Source: Moniliella sp. 'wahieum' (taxonomy: Eukaryota). From it: DNA of 64,000 nucleotides. Positions 1 through 13,239 of this stretch are shown one piece after another. A program made the position numbers and the translations under genes. The stretch is from positions 310,001 through 374,000 of the forward strand of contig RSEE01000010.1 of the NCBI GenBank assembly GCA_003971905.1, read 5' to 3'. Position 1 is the first letter of the stretch. Every line of letters begins with the position of its first letter. The notes below the pieces were generated by a model. The model did not search any database, was not told the origin of the DNA, and saw nothing but the letters and a program-made list of their open reading frames with translations.

Positions 1-210
1 TTGGCCAACGTCCCTTCAGTTCCTCCTCAGGCCTAGGAGCTCCGTTGTCTTCTCTCTCCTGTTTTTCCTTGTCCCGTAGCTTAGCCTCTGGTGGCGACTC
101 GCTGTTTGATGTTCCTCTGTAGCCAGGTGTTGCTCGTTGGCTTAGTCCCCCCCCACCACCAGTGCAATTGCATCACCCTCGAGGACCATCCGGACTGCCA
201 GGTCTCATCA
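1..210 (-). mobile_element. LTR of a retrotransposon family (partial; 3' end lies left of the window)
   Basis: Reverse complement matches 1788-2020 and 30691-30927 along its length. It starts TGATGAGACC at 210 on the minus strand. Confidence 0.85.
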
Positions 211-449
211 CACTCGCCACGTGCCAAGGACGACACGGAGTTGGTTTATAACATTTCGGGGATGCTTATACCGGCCACATGTACAACTTCCCAGTAGGGT
301 TACTACCGCAGCACCAGTAACAGTGGCGCTGTGACAAATTAATTGCGCTGAGCGGCTGAACATTGAAGCAACCCTATTTTGTCTGGGCGCGCACCGAGTC
401 GAGTTGCGTGGCTGCTGCGCTCGTCGTTTCCCCCCCAGCACTTAACAAG

Positions 450-1009
450 ATGGCGCCCAAGGCTGACCCCTCGATCCCTGTGACGGTGATCCTGCGTGCG
501 ACTGGTGGTGAGGTTGGTGCCTCCTCTGCGCTCGCCCCCAAGATCGGTCCTCTTGGTCTGGTATGTTTCCCCTAGCCCAGTGTGCGAGTGGGCAGATGAC
601 TGATACCTATGCCGCTGTCACAGTCCCCCAAGAAGATTGGTGAGGACATTGCCAAGGCCACGGGGGAGTGGAAGGGTCTCCGTGTGACTGTCAAGCTGGT
701 TGTGCAGAACCGTCAGGCTGCGGTCTCGGTTGTTCCCTCGGCCTCCTCGCTGGTCATTCGTGCGCTCAAGGAACCTCCCCGTGACCGCAAAAAGGAGAAG
801 AACATCAAGCACGGTGGTAACATTCCCTTTGACGAGATTGTTGAGATTGCGCGCACTATGCGCCTCGCTCCTTCGCAAAGGACCTCTCAGGTGTGGTGAA
901 GGAGATCCTCGGCACTGCCCAGTCGGTCGGCTGCCGCGTCGACCGCCGCCCCCCGCACGACATTATTGACGCCATCAACGAGGGCGAGATTGAGGTGCCT
1001 CAAGAATAA
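450..1009 (+). CDS. RPL12: 60S ribosomal protein L12 (uL11)
   Basis: MAPKADP...[22 protein letters not shown], intron 561-623 (GTATGT..CAG), [13 protein letters not shown]...[13 protein letters not shown]...[11 protein letters not shown]. One missing C near 863 shifts the frame. Confidence 0.97.
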
Positions 1010-1787
1010 ATTCCACTGTGAGAGGTCACTCCCTTGGCAAGGGAACATTCTGCACGTATTGATCAGAGTGGTGCCCTTTGTTACCTCTGCCTGTGCTGAT
1101 GTTGTGCGGCACGCCGAAAATATATGGTGCATGACCATGCTTTCCCTGCTTCTCACCATTTGTAGCACAGGGTTTACACCAGGCCAGGGAGATGGAACCC
1201 CAAGCGTATCGCAGGAATCTGTCCAAGCTCCCATCTATCTCGTCACTCTGTATGGAGGCGTATTTAAAGCAATGCTGCTAACTTGGTTGAGAGCTAGGAA
1301 GGGTTTTGCTGCTTAGAATTTGCGAAGCATTACCTTTTTTATCATGGCGAGTGCGCAATGTAGTCATGGTTGTAACCAAGATCGCTAAAAAGAGGTGATC
1401 ATTATCCCGTTTATGGGCGCTAAGGAATGCCTGTTGTGGAGAAGGGGCGGGTGGGCGCGGGGGGCAACTGTCCCGTTGGTCGGCGCAACATTGAGTGCGG
1501 ATGTGGCGCACCGACACGTCTTCGCCTTGCGCTACTATCATATCATGTCCAGGTGGGAGGCCAGCCCTGGTTCATCTGTCCTTATTCCAGTGCCTAACCA
1601 AACTCCCCGCTACCACATCTGTTACAGGCTTGGCACTGTGCGGGAAGCCTTGCGATTAGATGCTACTTAGTGAGAACAAACGAGGTGGACGCTTGCGTCT
1701 TGGCTCTCTTCCCTCACGTCGTTTTATTGCCGAAGGCGTCTACCAAAACCCGCCCCTTCCTTGCTAGCTACGACTGCTTGTGGCTCT

Positions 1788-2020
1788 TGATGAGACCTGG
1801 AGTCAAGAAGGTTCGTCGAGGGTGATGCATTCGCACTGGTGGGGTGGTCTAAGCCAACCAGCAACGCATACAGAGGAACATCAAGCAGCGAGTCGCCACC
1901 AAGGCATAAGTTGCGGAACAAGGAAAAACAGGAGAGAGAGATAAGGGAACTCCCAGGCCAGGGCCTGAGGAGGAACTGAAGGGACATTGGCCAAAGCACG
2001 AGTCACCCAATGGCTCAACA
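1788..2020 (+). mobile_element. Solo LTR, 233 bp, with perfect 5 bp TSD GCTCT
   Basis: Ends TGATGAG...CTCAACA (TG..CA, near-inverted 7-mers). GCTCT at 1783-1787 and 2021-2025. Homologous copies elsewhere in the window. Confidence 0.92.
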
Positions 2021-2447
2021 GCTCTACTTCCGTAAGATATTATGACCCAACTCTTAACTGGTATCATCCTGGGGCGTACAGAAACACATTGCCAACAGGA
2101 TGAACCATTCATTGCCAGAGAATTGTGCTCACCTGTGGTCATGCGAATCATGTTTCCACCCTGCTTCGAGCTGTGGCAACATGGTCATGGATGGGTCAGC
2201 ACAAGCCCTGGCTATGAGCATCGACTCTCGATAGTGTGTACTACACGATATATTGGAAGAATGAGAGTGTAGTAGCGCGTACCAAAAAAGGTCGTCGATC
2301 GTAGTATTGCGATCACTGTCAAAGCCCTGCAGTGAATATAATTGACAAAATCAGGTGAGAGTAACTCGACAAGCGGAGGGGTGAGACAGGCTAAACCACA
2401 ACAAGAGAATCAGAGAAGAAGCGAGAGTAGCTCAAAAAGGTATCTCC

Positions 2448-5055
2448 TTAAGAAGAGGGTGGTGGGATGGGGTTAGGCAGCCACTGGCCATTGGGCGCAG
2501 GGGCAAAGCCATTTGGAGGTGGGACCTTGTTGAGCAAGGTGCCCGCGCCTTGCAGGTTCTGCGTTTCGATACGGTTGCCCCACCACAAATTATCCCCATT
2601 GAACACATTGTCAACAGCGAGCAAGCGCGTATTGGGCACCTCGAGACAGAGCGAGATAAGGAAAGACATGATCGCCGCACCAGCGTCAAAGCCGGCCGAG
2701 ATAAGGTAGTTGTAGTCGGACCAAAACTCGAAGTAGTGGCGACGGAGGAAGTACTGGAAGAACCAGCCAACGAGGAACCAGGAGGTAAAGTTGATGCCAG
2801 TTGCAGGGGGCATCATACCCGTGCAAGAGAGGAAAACGGGCCAGTTGATCAGGCGGATCCACGAATTGGGGTACTTTTTGGCCAACAACCAGGTCGGCAC
2901 GGGAAGCAGAGCACCAATGATGAACATAATGTTCAGTGCACCGTACGGCTGACCCACAGCAAACGTCCGGCCAGGCCCGATCAGACCCCAGATGACACTC
3001 GCAGAATAGAAGGTATGTTGAGAAGCGCAGACGAAATGGGCTGGACTAACCTTCTCGTTGGGATTGATGCGGCACAGGTTGTGCGTCGAGCCAAAGAGGA
3101 AGGCGGTGACGCCAACTTGGACAAGACACGCCCAGATGGTCGAAATGACCTGAGCACAGAACATGTCACGCGGGGGGACCTTCATGTAGTGGCCCAGCTT
3201 GAGATCTTGCACGAACGTGACGGCCTGAGCCATTGAGATGTAACCAAACGTTTTGAAGATCATCATGGCAACCGGGCGGCCAGGAAGGCGGTAACCAACA
3301 ATCATCTCGGCGATGACATTGAGACCTGGAGTGTTAGAAGTAACGGCTGTGATGATACCAATGGGAATGGTGTAGAGCGCGCTCATCAGGATGGCCACGA
3401 TGAGCAGCCAGATGGGCAGGTCCGTCTTGTAGCAGTAGACGGCGGGAACAGCCATGGCGAAAGAAGCCAAGAAGGTGCACAAATACCAGTAGTATGGAAC
3501 TTCTTTGTAGCGGGACATGAGGCGAGCGTGAATGTCGGGCTCCTCCGTGAGAGAGCGCTTGAATTGGCGCATAATGTCCTTGCCGTAGTACAGACCAACC
3601 TGGGACAGCGCACTGGAATAATGAAACAGTCAGTAAAACGGTTCTGGGGGTAGATAGTGGATGAGATGAACGTACCTAGTGATCACTCCAAAGCCAACGG
3701 CGTAACCAATCATGAATGTCGCCGAGAGGTACTCCTTAGAATAGGTGTTGTACTTCTCCACGTCCAGTTCGAAGCGGTCGTTGACGACATGATTGACCGC
3801 GTACTTGTTACCAAAGCGATCATAGATGCCATTACTGCTAAACGTAAAGTAACCAGTGTACCGGGCGTTGGTAGCCCACAAAATGGGCGAGACGAAGCCA
3901 ATAATGATAATGTAGCCGACGAAAGTGTTGACAATCGCAAACCAGGGTTGGTAAATGGGCGACAAAAGCGCGCTCGTAACCTGGAGCCAGTCGAGCGAGA
4001 TGAAGTTGAAGCCAATACCGCCCGAACCGCCAAAGACGATATTGACACCCTTGTTGTTGGGAGCCGCCCAGCAAGGCCAGGAGAAAACACTCAGGCCGGT
4101 GAACAGGTAAGAAGGCACAACCTCCCACAAAAACATCATACACGCTGCAACGGAAAACATCCTGAAGCGAGACCAGCCACGGAAAGAGCCGACCTTAGCT
4201 TTCTCGTGCATCGAGGTCAGGAAGGCAGTTTGGGTCAAGTTCGAGGGCCAGATCATGGAAGCGGGCCAGACCAAAACTTGACGGCTAAATCCAGCGAACG
4301 AGAACCCAATCATTTGAGTCGAGAGCGTCAGAAGGATCATGTAGCCACCGGTAAGATGCTGACGGTAGTACGCGTGCTGCGTGATGAAAATGTCAGTCGA
4401 GTAGGCCGTGCCGACACCAACAGTGGACATGATGGAGATCATGGTGTGCTCCTTGATGTTAAACGGGCCTGGGTTGACCCAGTCAGCCAACGGCCAGTTG
4501 CGAGGGTATGGGATCTTTGACATGAATACGCCGATGGGGTATGCAACAGCTGGACAGCAATGGGAGGGAAGGTAACGGTGGGCCACTGGAAAGGGGAAGA
4601 CACTAATGTTAGTATTACTGAAAGCTTCGCATGAATCCCACGCAGACGTACCTGGGGCGAGAAGTACATGTTGATGCCACTAAGCACTGTGCAAGCGATC
4701 ATACCCATGAACCAGGCGCGGAAGGTGTTGGCCCTCATGGGTGGTCGTCAACGTTGCTCACGGCAGCGCGGACTTCAGGATAGATGGAGTCGTCTTCGAT
4801 CACGTCCTCAAGGCGCAGCTCAGCCTTCTGGTCGCCCTTGTTAAGCGCGCGTTCAGCCTCGCGTAGCAGCGCTGGGTCGAGGTTGGGGTCGTTGAGGCGA
4901 CCATCGAGGATCTCGTGGCGGATGTCAGCCTCAATGCCACCGAAAGCGGCTTCGTGATCGGCAATGTACTGCGAGTTGAGGTTGTCGAGCCCCGGGACAG
5001 GCGGGGCCTCCGAGATTTCCTTGACCTCGTCCTTCTCTGGTGAGAGACTGGCCAT
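2448..5055 (-). CDS. OPT-family oligopeptide transporter
   Basis: OPT motifs DDSIYPEVRAAV, NPGPFNIKEH, EEPDIHARLM, QDLKLGHYMKVPPR and SVIWGLIGP. Introns at about 4588-4651 and 3614-3675. Apparent single-base deletions near 4740 and 4548. Confidence 0.95.
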
Positions 5056-8000
5056 GGCGGAGGAAAAAAGTGGGAGCTGGAGGTGGTGGTCAAGCGGGGA
5101 AATGCAGAATGACTGGCTGTAACTGCAGGTTATACATGGGGCCGCAGATGCCCTGTTGGGCAGGGGAGAGCAGATCGAGCCGGACGGATGTGGGATAGGC
5201 TGGTATGGCGGGATACGCTCTGGCAGGCACACCCCGTCAGGAAGGAGGGTCTGGGATGGCTGGTACGTACTCAGCCATGATGCATGATGCATCGTACTTG
5301 ATGCATGATACTGAGCAACTGAGGTACGGAGTCGGAGTGCTAACTAGTGAGTACGAGGTACTGAGTTGGGCCCTGTTGCGCCCGCTTACCCCGCGCTGCC
5401 ATCAGTAGTCCCGGTATTCAGCCGATTGGCTCGGTACGCCCAGCTCGCGTGGGTCGCATCACCCGCACGGCGTCTGTGTATGTGCACCATATGGCCGAAG
5501 GCTTCTGATTCTGGAATATCCTGTGTTGCGGCGTGGTGCATTGCTGGGCATGGCGCCGGTGTCACCAAGCGATGGTGTATCTCAACAACCACCCATCCTC
5601 ACACTGCTCTGCTGGTGCCCTCACCGCTTCCCCTGGCTGGCTGGTCTAGCCCGACGAAAATCACAGGGTCCACGTCACCGTGTCACCGTGGTCACCGTAG
5701 CGAGTCACAGGGGGTCGTCACGCTGCTGTCACGAGTGAGCGGCACGAAGGCAGTATGTGGCACTCAGAAGGGGCGCCACATGGTCTTCCACTTCGCCCCA
5801 TTTGTCCGTTTCCACCCCGTGCTCCCGCGCGCGGGGCACACCAGAGCACACCAGGGCATGGCACACCGCTGGCACATCGGGGCGAGCAGGTGCCCCAGAC
5901 CATTTTGCCGAGGCCAGCAACGGACGCTCGGCCAGGACAGTCCAGCGTAGATCCATCGTCTGCGGTGGCGCAGGTGCCGCCCTCGGCATCGCGGCTCACG
6001 CGCTCAGGCACCTCTCGTGGTTGCAGATGTTAACTTGTATGATGCAGACGGCGATTTTCATGTCGCCTATACGCTAGGCATGCAAGATCATATTCACATT
6101 GCATCCTATGGTTCCATCGCAAAAGTAAACTCAAACCCTCCACTGGAAGGTTGCTCTGGCGTGCTGTGGCGTGCTCTGGGGCCATCCTTCCCGTCTACTG
6201 AGGCCCCTGAGGCCTGAGGCCGAGGCCTGAGGTCCTGAGGGCTAGTTCTGACTTCTGACTAGTGACTAGGACTCTTGCGTTTCACGGTGCTCTCAGTGTT
6301 CGGTTGCCAAATTTCAAACTTTTTGCGGGGAGCTTCACAAGCTTCACACTCCTTAGATGTGACATGTGACATGCGAAGCTTGAAGCGTGAATTATAAATG
6401 GGGTTTTAAACCAATAGCGGTGCTTGAAAAGCCCCACTCGAATTGGGCTAGTCCTGGCCTGTCTTGGCCTGTCCTGGCTGTAGTCGTGGAGTGGCAGTGA
6501 CATGTGACATGTGACATGTTTTGTCATGTATTCCCACAGTGCTGCTAGATGTGTCCGGGAGCACTTTTGTTGTAGTAGACACATGTCTGGTGTACACACA
6601 TGCCAACACACATCTCATCTACCCAAAATGGTCCTATACCTGCCCCACCATTTTGCATGATGCATGAAGAAACTTGAAGCCTTGAAGCTGAAGCCTGGCA
6701 GCTCTCCGTCTTGGTGGATTGCATCCATTCTCTCTCTCTCCCCATAGTGTGTACCTGAGCAATGGGCAATGGGCCCGCGTGGAACCGCGTATATATATAA
6801 GCAGCGTGTTTTTGCCCCACTTTTTCAGCCATGTGTCTGGCTACTGTGGTGTGCGTATCTCTGTCTCCATACTGCAACCATATTTATTGACAGAGAGCTT
6901 AAGGCTGGGACAAAGAAACGCTTCGCCTAAACCGAGCCGTTCATCCGGCGTGTGTTGCTTAGTTGTTAGCTGTTAGCGCCAACCCCGTTTAAGGAACCAG
7001 GGAAATCGCCCACAGGAGATCGGGACCCTCCCATGCCCGTCATCCGTTCCCATACCGAGAGGTAGCGCATGTGGGTACGGATGAACGTGTTAGACACATC
7101 CAAGCGGTAAATTATCTTCATTGAGACCCTCTTAATTCCTTCCAGTACCAAGCATCTTCCCTGCTGGCTTGGTGGCATAGTATCCTCGCGTCGTCAAAAC
7201 CAAAGGGGAAAAGAGTGTTCTTCAGTGCGTCCTTTGGACTTGGCGTTCTTGTCCGCTCTCCTTGTTCCATCAGCCCAAGCAGCTCCTTCTCCTGGTGTTC
7301 CAAAGGCGTCGCAGTGATCTCTTGTCACTAGTCACTACCACCTTCCGGGTGGCAACCAGCGCCTCCTGTTTTCCCGCGGCGCGCAGCGTGTGTATAAAAG
7401 AGAGCATGATATGCATGACCTACTTGTTTAGGCTTACCACCAAGCGCAGTCCAGCGAACCAGTCTACCGTATTGGCGATACCAGCAGGACCGATGGCCGA
7501 TGCAAACCGTAACTGTGGTGGCGCACCAAGACCGGTGGAACAGTGGTTACGGTGGTTCCAAAGTGTGCAGCGACAGGAGCACCCACTCTGCGCACCCAAC
7601 CGAGGCACCCAGACGGGGCGCCACCAAGAGGAAGGGGCCAGTCCTCAATCGACACTCCGTCTCCCTCTCTCCTTCTGATCCTCTGTGCGACACACCACAG
7701 CCATGTGTTTCCCTGTTACTGACTCCCGAAAACTGTGTACCATGCCACGGTGAATATCATGGAACGTTACCCTATGTTTTGCATGCTGGAGTGAAGGTTT
7801 TTGTGGACGATGGGACGGTAGACAGCGTTGAGGATGGGAAAAGAGCGCCTGCTATGGAAAGGTGGACCAGCGGAGAAGGAAGGCCGTGGACCGTCACCAT
7901 CAGCTAGAGATGACACAGGCTGGGACGGAGCCCGAGCAGACCGGGCCGTCCCCTCGTTATTGGTGATAAAATTAGGCCTCTCCCGCTTGGATCGATGGAC

Positions 8001-8733
8001 CGGTGGAACGGTGGAACGGTGGCGAAGGTGCCGAAGGTGGCGACGGTGGCCCAGCACCCAAACCGGGCCGTATTAGGCTCTCGGTGGCCTCCTAATAGTA
8101 ATGCGATGACATAGCTGGATGTATTACATCTGCTGCTTTGATATGACGCCTGGGGGGGCTCGATCAGGAGTAACACCCCATAAACTGCATCCGCCAGTGG
8201 CTGTTGGCTTTTGATGGCGAAAAAGGTGTCCTCTGGCGTGGAGCCACCAGTACTCTCTGTGGGCATATATATGTCTTTTTTCGTTAGTCGGGGATTTTAT
8301 CGATTAAGATCCGCCACAGGCACACGGACCAATGTTTCAAGAGACTATCAACGTGAGTGCCCCAGGTGGAGCCTGGTGGCGCACACCTTACTACCTTGGG
8401 AAAATGCAACATGTGTGCTCCCCCTGGCTTGGCATCAGACATGTGATGTTCCTCCCAGAGCCCTTCGTACGGAGTACGAATACTCGGTGCGCAGCAGCAA
8501 CGCAAATACGCATGGCGGAAGACAGTGCGGAATTGAAGCGCCGCTTTCCGCCCAGGGCTGTGATCGCGTTATCAAACCACGTGGCTCCTGCCTAGTCGGG
8601 GCCTCGTCTCGCCACATTGCCTGACCCATTCACCACTGACGGTCCTGCCCCGAATGGGTGACAGCCATGCTTTGACGCCTGGATCGGTCGGCCGGGGTGT
8701 CTGCAGAGCGACCACCACCCTGTTTTCTCCCTC

Positions 8734-9704
8734 ATGAGTGCGTCGGATGCCACGTCGGGCGAGGCCAAGCCCGCGCCCCTGATCAGCTCCAATGCCTTTG
8801 GGCAGTTCGTCAACCCTGGGAAACCTATGACAGCCGCTGAGCTGCAGTCGATGAAGGATGAGTATGGGGTTGCGGTCGACCCGACCGATGCGTCACGAGA
8901 AGTGGCGGCCAAGAGGCCCAACCGGGTCTTCCTCAACCACCAAAGGTGGAAGCAGGAGCAGATTGAAAAAGGCTTGATTGATCCCGTCACGGGAAAATTC
9001 ATTGTCCGCCCCCCAACATGTTTGAACGGCTCATCGTCTCCACACTAAAAATGGCATTCCTGGGACTCGTGCTATCTCTGGCCGCAGGCCAGTTTATCGC
9101 GGGCGACCCGATCTGGGGATATCGCGCTCCATGGATGAGCAAAAAATATTGGTTCCCGGTACGTTGCTTGTTCACTTTTTGTCGATAGGAGGATGAACTG
9201 ACACCATGAGACGCCCGCCAACCAGGTCCACCAGCGTCCGTTCTCTGTATCGGAACTGGCGCTGTACAACGGACGGAGCGAGGAGCGCCCGATCTATTTG
9301 GCCATCAAGGGAGATGTTTTCGACGTCTCCGCCAAACGCTACATATATGGCCCTGGAGGAAGCTATTCATTCTTTGCCGGGCGGGACGCAAGTCGGGCGT
9401 ACGTGACCGGGTGCTTCAAGGAACACTTGACCCATGACGTTCGGGGCCTTACAGACGAGCAGCTGAAGGTATGTCACTACTCTGTTGAAAGGAGTTTCTA
9501 CTGCGCGTTATGCCATTTGTGATACTCTTGGAAGAGAAACAGGACACCCGCTAACAACTACTGTTGGACCAGACGTTGGATCAATGGCACTCCTTCTTTG
9601 AAAAAAACGACAAGTACGAGAAGGTCGGCTGGGTGTTCGACTTGCCCGAGATCGACCCTGATTCGCCCTTGTTGTCCAAGACGTGTATGGCGCAACCCGA
9701 ATAA
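8734..9704 (+). CDS. Cytochrome b5-like heme/steroid-binding (MAPR family) protein
   Basis: ELALYNG..IYLAIKGDVFDVS..YGPGGSYSFFAGRDASRAYVTGCF..W..FF...KY.KVG. Introns at about 9159-9225 and 9469-9572. Frameshift near 9010, before the hydrophobic segment. Confidence 0.88.
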
Positions 9705-10130
9705 AGCTCTTTCTCTTTCACTCTGGAAGTCGGGATGGGATGATGTCAATTTGGCTCCCCGCGTTGTAACCGCCGGGATATAGACTTTCCCCATCAAGAG
9801 TACCTGGTATGATTCATTGCCTACCAGATGGTCTGATTGATCAGCTTTATCCTTCTCTCCCTTAAAATTGGTGAATGCTTCTGAGTGTATTGGGACATCC
9901 CGCGCTTCCCTGGTGAGTCGGACACGCTTCGAGCCGTTTTCGTCAACAGACGGGCCATATTAGCGCATTGCTATAGCGCCCCTTCACAATATACACCGTC
10001 GTCGTACCATCCGCAATCAATGTTTGACGACCCAGAAAATAGCGCGGATGACAATGATGTTCCAGATGAGAAATGCAGTTGAAGGTGCAAGGTACAAGTC
10101 CAAAACAAGGGCAGAGGGCACTGGGATGAA

Positions 10131-13100
10131 TTAGAACAATCCCTGTACTTCGCCGTTAGCATCGAGGTCAATGTCGTAGTACCCCGGGCGAGTAGAGAGA
10201 CCAGGCATGGTCTGCATGGTACCCACGAGAGGGTAGATGAATCCCGCTCCAGCGGCCAACTTGACAGATCGAATGGGGAGGGTGAATCCCTCGGGGCGTC
10301 CCTTGAGAGTAGGGTCGTGGCTGAGCGAGAGATGCGTCTTAGCCATGCAGATAGGAAGGTGAGCGAACCCCTGTTGAGTGTACGTCGCAATCTGTTGTTG
10401 GGCAAGGGGGCTCAACTCAATCCCCTTGGCGCCGTACATCTCCGTGGCGATGGTATTGATCTTGTCCTGGATCGAAGCTTGGTCGTCATAGAGGAATTTG
10501 AACGAAGATGGGCTCTGTTCTAGCTGGTTAATGACGGCCTGAGCCAGCTCGAGAGCACCCTTGCCCCCTTCTTCCCAATGGTTGCTTGGCACTGCTGCGT
10601 CCGCTCCCGCCTTTAACGCCTCCTCCTGCACAGCTTTGATTTCCTCCTCAGAGTCAGTGGCGAAGCGGTTGATGGCGACAATCACTTTGAGGCCAAATTT
10701 CTTGGCATTCTCAATATGTTTGGCCAAGTTGACGCAACCTTGACGGGTCATCTCAACGTTCTCTTTGGTATAGACATCATCCAAAGGCTTGCCCGGCTTG
10801 ACCTCGGGACCTCCCCCGTGGGTCTTGAGTGCCCTTACGGTGGCCACAATGATCACCGCATCTGGTACAAGACCTGACTCGCGGCACTTGATGTTGCAGA
10901 ACTTCTCCATGCCAATGTCGGCACCAAACCCAGCCTCGGTCACCACATACCCCACCTGATCCGGTGAGTCCCCTTTCTCCAATCCGGCGAGTTTAAGCGC
11001 GATCGCATCGGCAAGGATGGAGCTGTTACCATGTGCAATGTTGGCGAAAGGACCGGCATGAACAAAGACCGGGGTGCCTTCGATCGTTTGCATCAGGTTC
11101 GGCTTGATCGCATCTTTCATCAGCACACCGTCAGGGCGCCCCCACAACCAATGTCGTCCGCCGTGATGGGTTCACCAGACTTGGACGTGGCCACAACCAT
11201 CTTGCCTAGACGTTCGCGCATGTCCTTCAAGTCCCGGGACAGTGCGAGGACAGCCATGCACTCCGACGCAACCGCAATATCAAACCCGGTCTCCCGAGTA
11301 AGCCCCTTCTCCGTTGGAGCCTTACCCACCGTGATCTGACGAAGATAACGGTCGTTCGTATCGACGACTCGGTGCCAGGTGATGGTTGAAGGGTCGATAT
11401 CGAGACGGGCAAAGCGAACGCGCTCCTCGGGGGTGAGGTCTTCGGGATCGGTCTTGTCAATGCCCAGTTTCTGAAGACGCTTCAGCATCACGGGGGCGAA
11501 GGAGCGCTTGCCATGCTTCTTAGGCACCAGGCGGTCGTAGAGAGCTCCATCCTTTTGCGTTGCCTCGTGGAACATGCGAGCATCAATAGCGGCAGCCAGA
11601 AGGTTGTTGGCAGCCGTGACAGCGTGGTTGTCACCCGTAAGGTGGAGGTTAAACTATGTAGCCAAGGTCAATATTCCAGCGGGAAAGGAATGGGCAAGCA
11701 ACGTACCTCCTCCATCGGGATAACCTGAGCAAATCCGCCACCGGCAGCGCCGCCTTTAATGCCGAACGTGGGGCCTTGGGAAGGTTGACGGACGCATGCG
11801 AACGCCGGCTTGCCCAAGTGAGCCCCCAGGGCTTGAACCAGACCGATAGTAGTAGTCGACTTGCCCTCTCCCAAGGGGGTGGGGGTGATTCCAGCAACGA
11901 CAATATACTTGCCATTGGAACGATGCTTGAGACGGTCGAGAATGTCAAGGGAAACCTTAGCCTTGATCTCCCCATACGGTTCGAGCTCCTCGGTGAGGAT
12001 CCCAACCTCATTGGCGATTTCAGCGATTGGACGGGGAATCTGGCTACGAGCCACCTCAATATCCGACGGAACCGGGTGGATCAACTTGATGGGGTTGGGC
12101 CTAGCCACGCCACGGCCGTTGTAGTGACCCTGTTCAAGACGACGCTGGGCGCCAATCAGCACATTCTCCATCAGGCAGGCAATCGTCATGGGCCCGACGC
12201 CTCCTGGCACGGGAGTGATCGCTCCAGCGACCTTGGAGGCCGAGGCAAAGTCAACGTCACCAACCAGACGGCGCCCACTCTTCTTGCTGGCGTCGGGAAC
12301 GTAGTTGATACCAACGTCAATCACGATCGCGCCAGGCTTGATCCAGTCGCCCTTGACAAACTCGGGTTTCCCCAAGGCTGCGATGACAATGTCGGCATTC
12401 CGAACGTGGGATGGCAGGTCTTTGGTCCTACTGTGGACTTGTGTGACAGTACAATTCTTGGAGCGCAGTAGACTCGACACAGGATTGCCCACAATGTCCG
12501 ACCGGCCAATCACAGTGGCTGTCAGACCGCTTAGGTCGTCCAAGCCAGCTTGCTTGAGGAGCTTCATGCACCCGGCCGGAGTGCAGGGCTGGAACAGTGG
12601 GTTGGCGGCCTTGGAACTGAGATGGCCAATGTTCAGAGCATGGAACCCGTCGACATCTTTTGTGGGAGAAACTTCCTCCGTCACCCTCCGCTCGGCATCT
12701 GCATCGATGTGGTCCCCAAGCGGAAGCTGAACCAATACGCCATGGACAGACGAATCCTGGTTGAGGAGGCGCACTTGCCGCCGAATCTCCTCCTCGGAAG
12801 CACCCTCAGGGAGCTGAACGTGCGTAGATTTGATTCCACATTCCTCAGCAGCCTTCATCTTGCCGCGAATGTATGTACTGCTGGCACTCTGCGAGCCAAC
12901 TTGGACAATGCAGACGGCAGGACGGAAAGCAGGGACGTCGGCTTGGATGTTCTGGATGGTTTGCTTGACCTGTTCGCGCGTCTTTTTGGCGAGTTCGGTG
13001 CCACTGATAAGGGATGCTCCTCCCTGGGACGTCAACGGTGCAGAAGCAGAAGTAGACGCTGCGTAGGCCCGCGCCGAAACACACACTGCCGTTCCCATAG

Positions 13101-13239
13101 CACCTAGGGCCGAGGGCGCTAGGCGGTGGCGGGCGGCCGAGACCAACAGCGGAGGCGCTCGACGCAAGCCACGCACGGCAAACTGTGCACGCAGTACAGC
13201 GCCAGCTGAACCAGATGCTCTGAAAGAGGGGCGAAGCAT
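10131..13239 (-). CDS. ADE3/MIS1: Trifunctional C1-tetrahydrofolate synthase with an N-terminal mitochondrial-type presequence
   Basis: Dehydrogenase/cyclohydrolase motifs ([22 protein letters not shown]) plus synthetase motifs ([33 protein letters not shown]). Intron 11654-11706. Frame change near 11128. Confidence 0.97.

Noticed and set aside
860..870. Programmed ribosomal frameshift in RPL12 and other genes
   Set aside because: I see no shared slippery site or stimulatory structure. The breaks track homopolymers across many unrelated genes.
2550..4520. Long plus-strand ORFs (228 and 287 aa), and similar ones at 11776-12471, 27154-27999, 32896-33480 and 49074-49880
   Set aside because: They are antisense shadows of real genes in GC-rich DNA and have no recognisable motifs.
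6966..7655. Possible spliced minus-strand orphan gene or relic
   Set aside because: Splice-like signals exist, but I found no consistent frame or recognisable domain.
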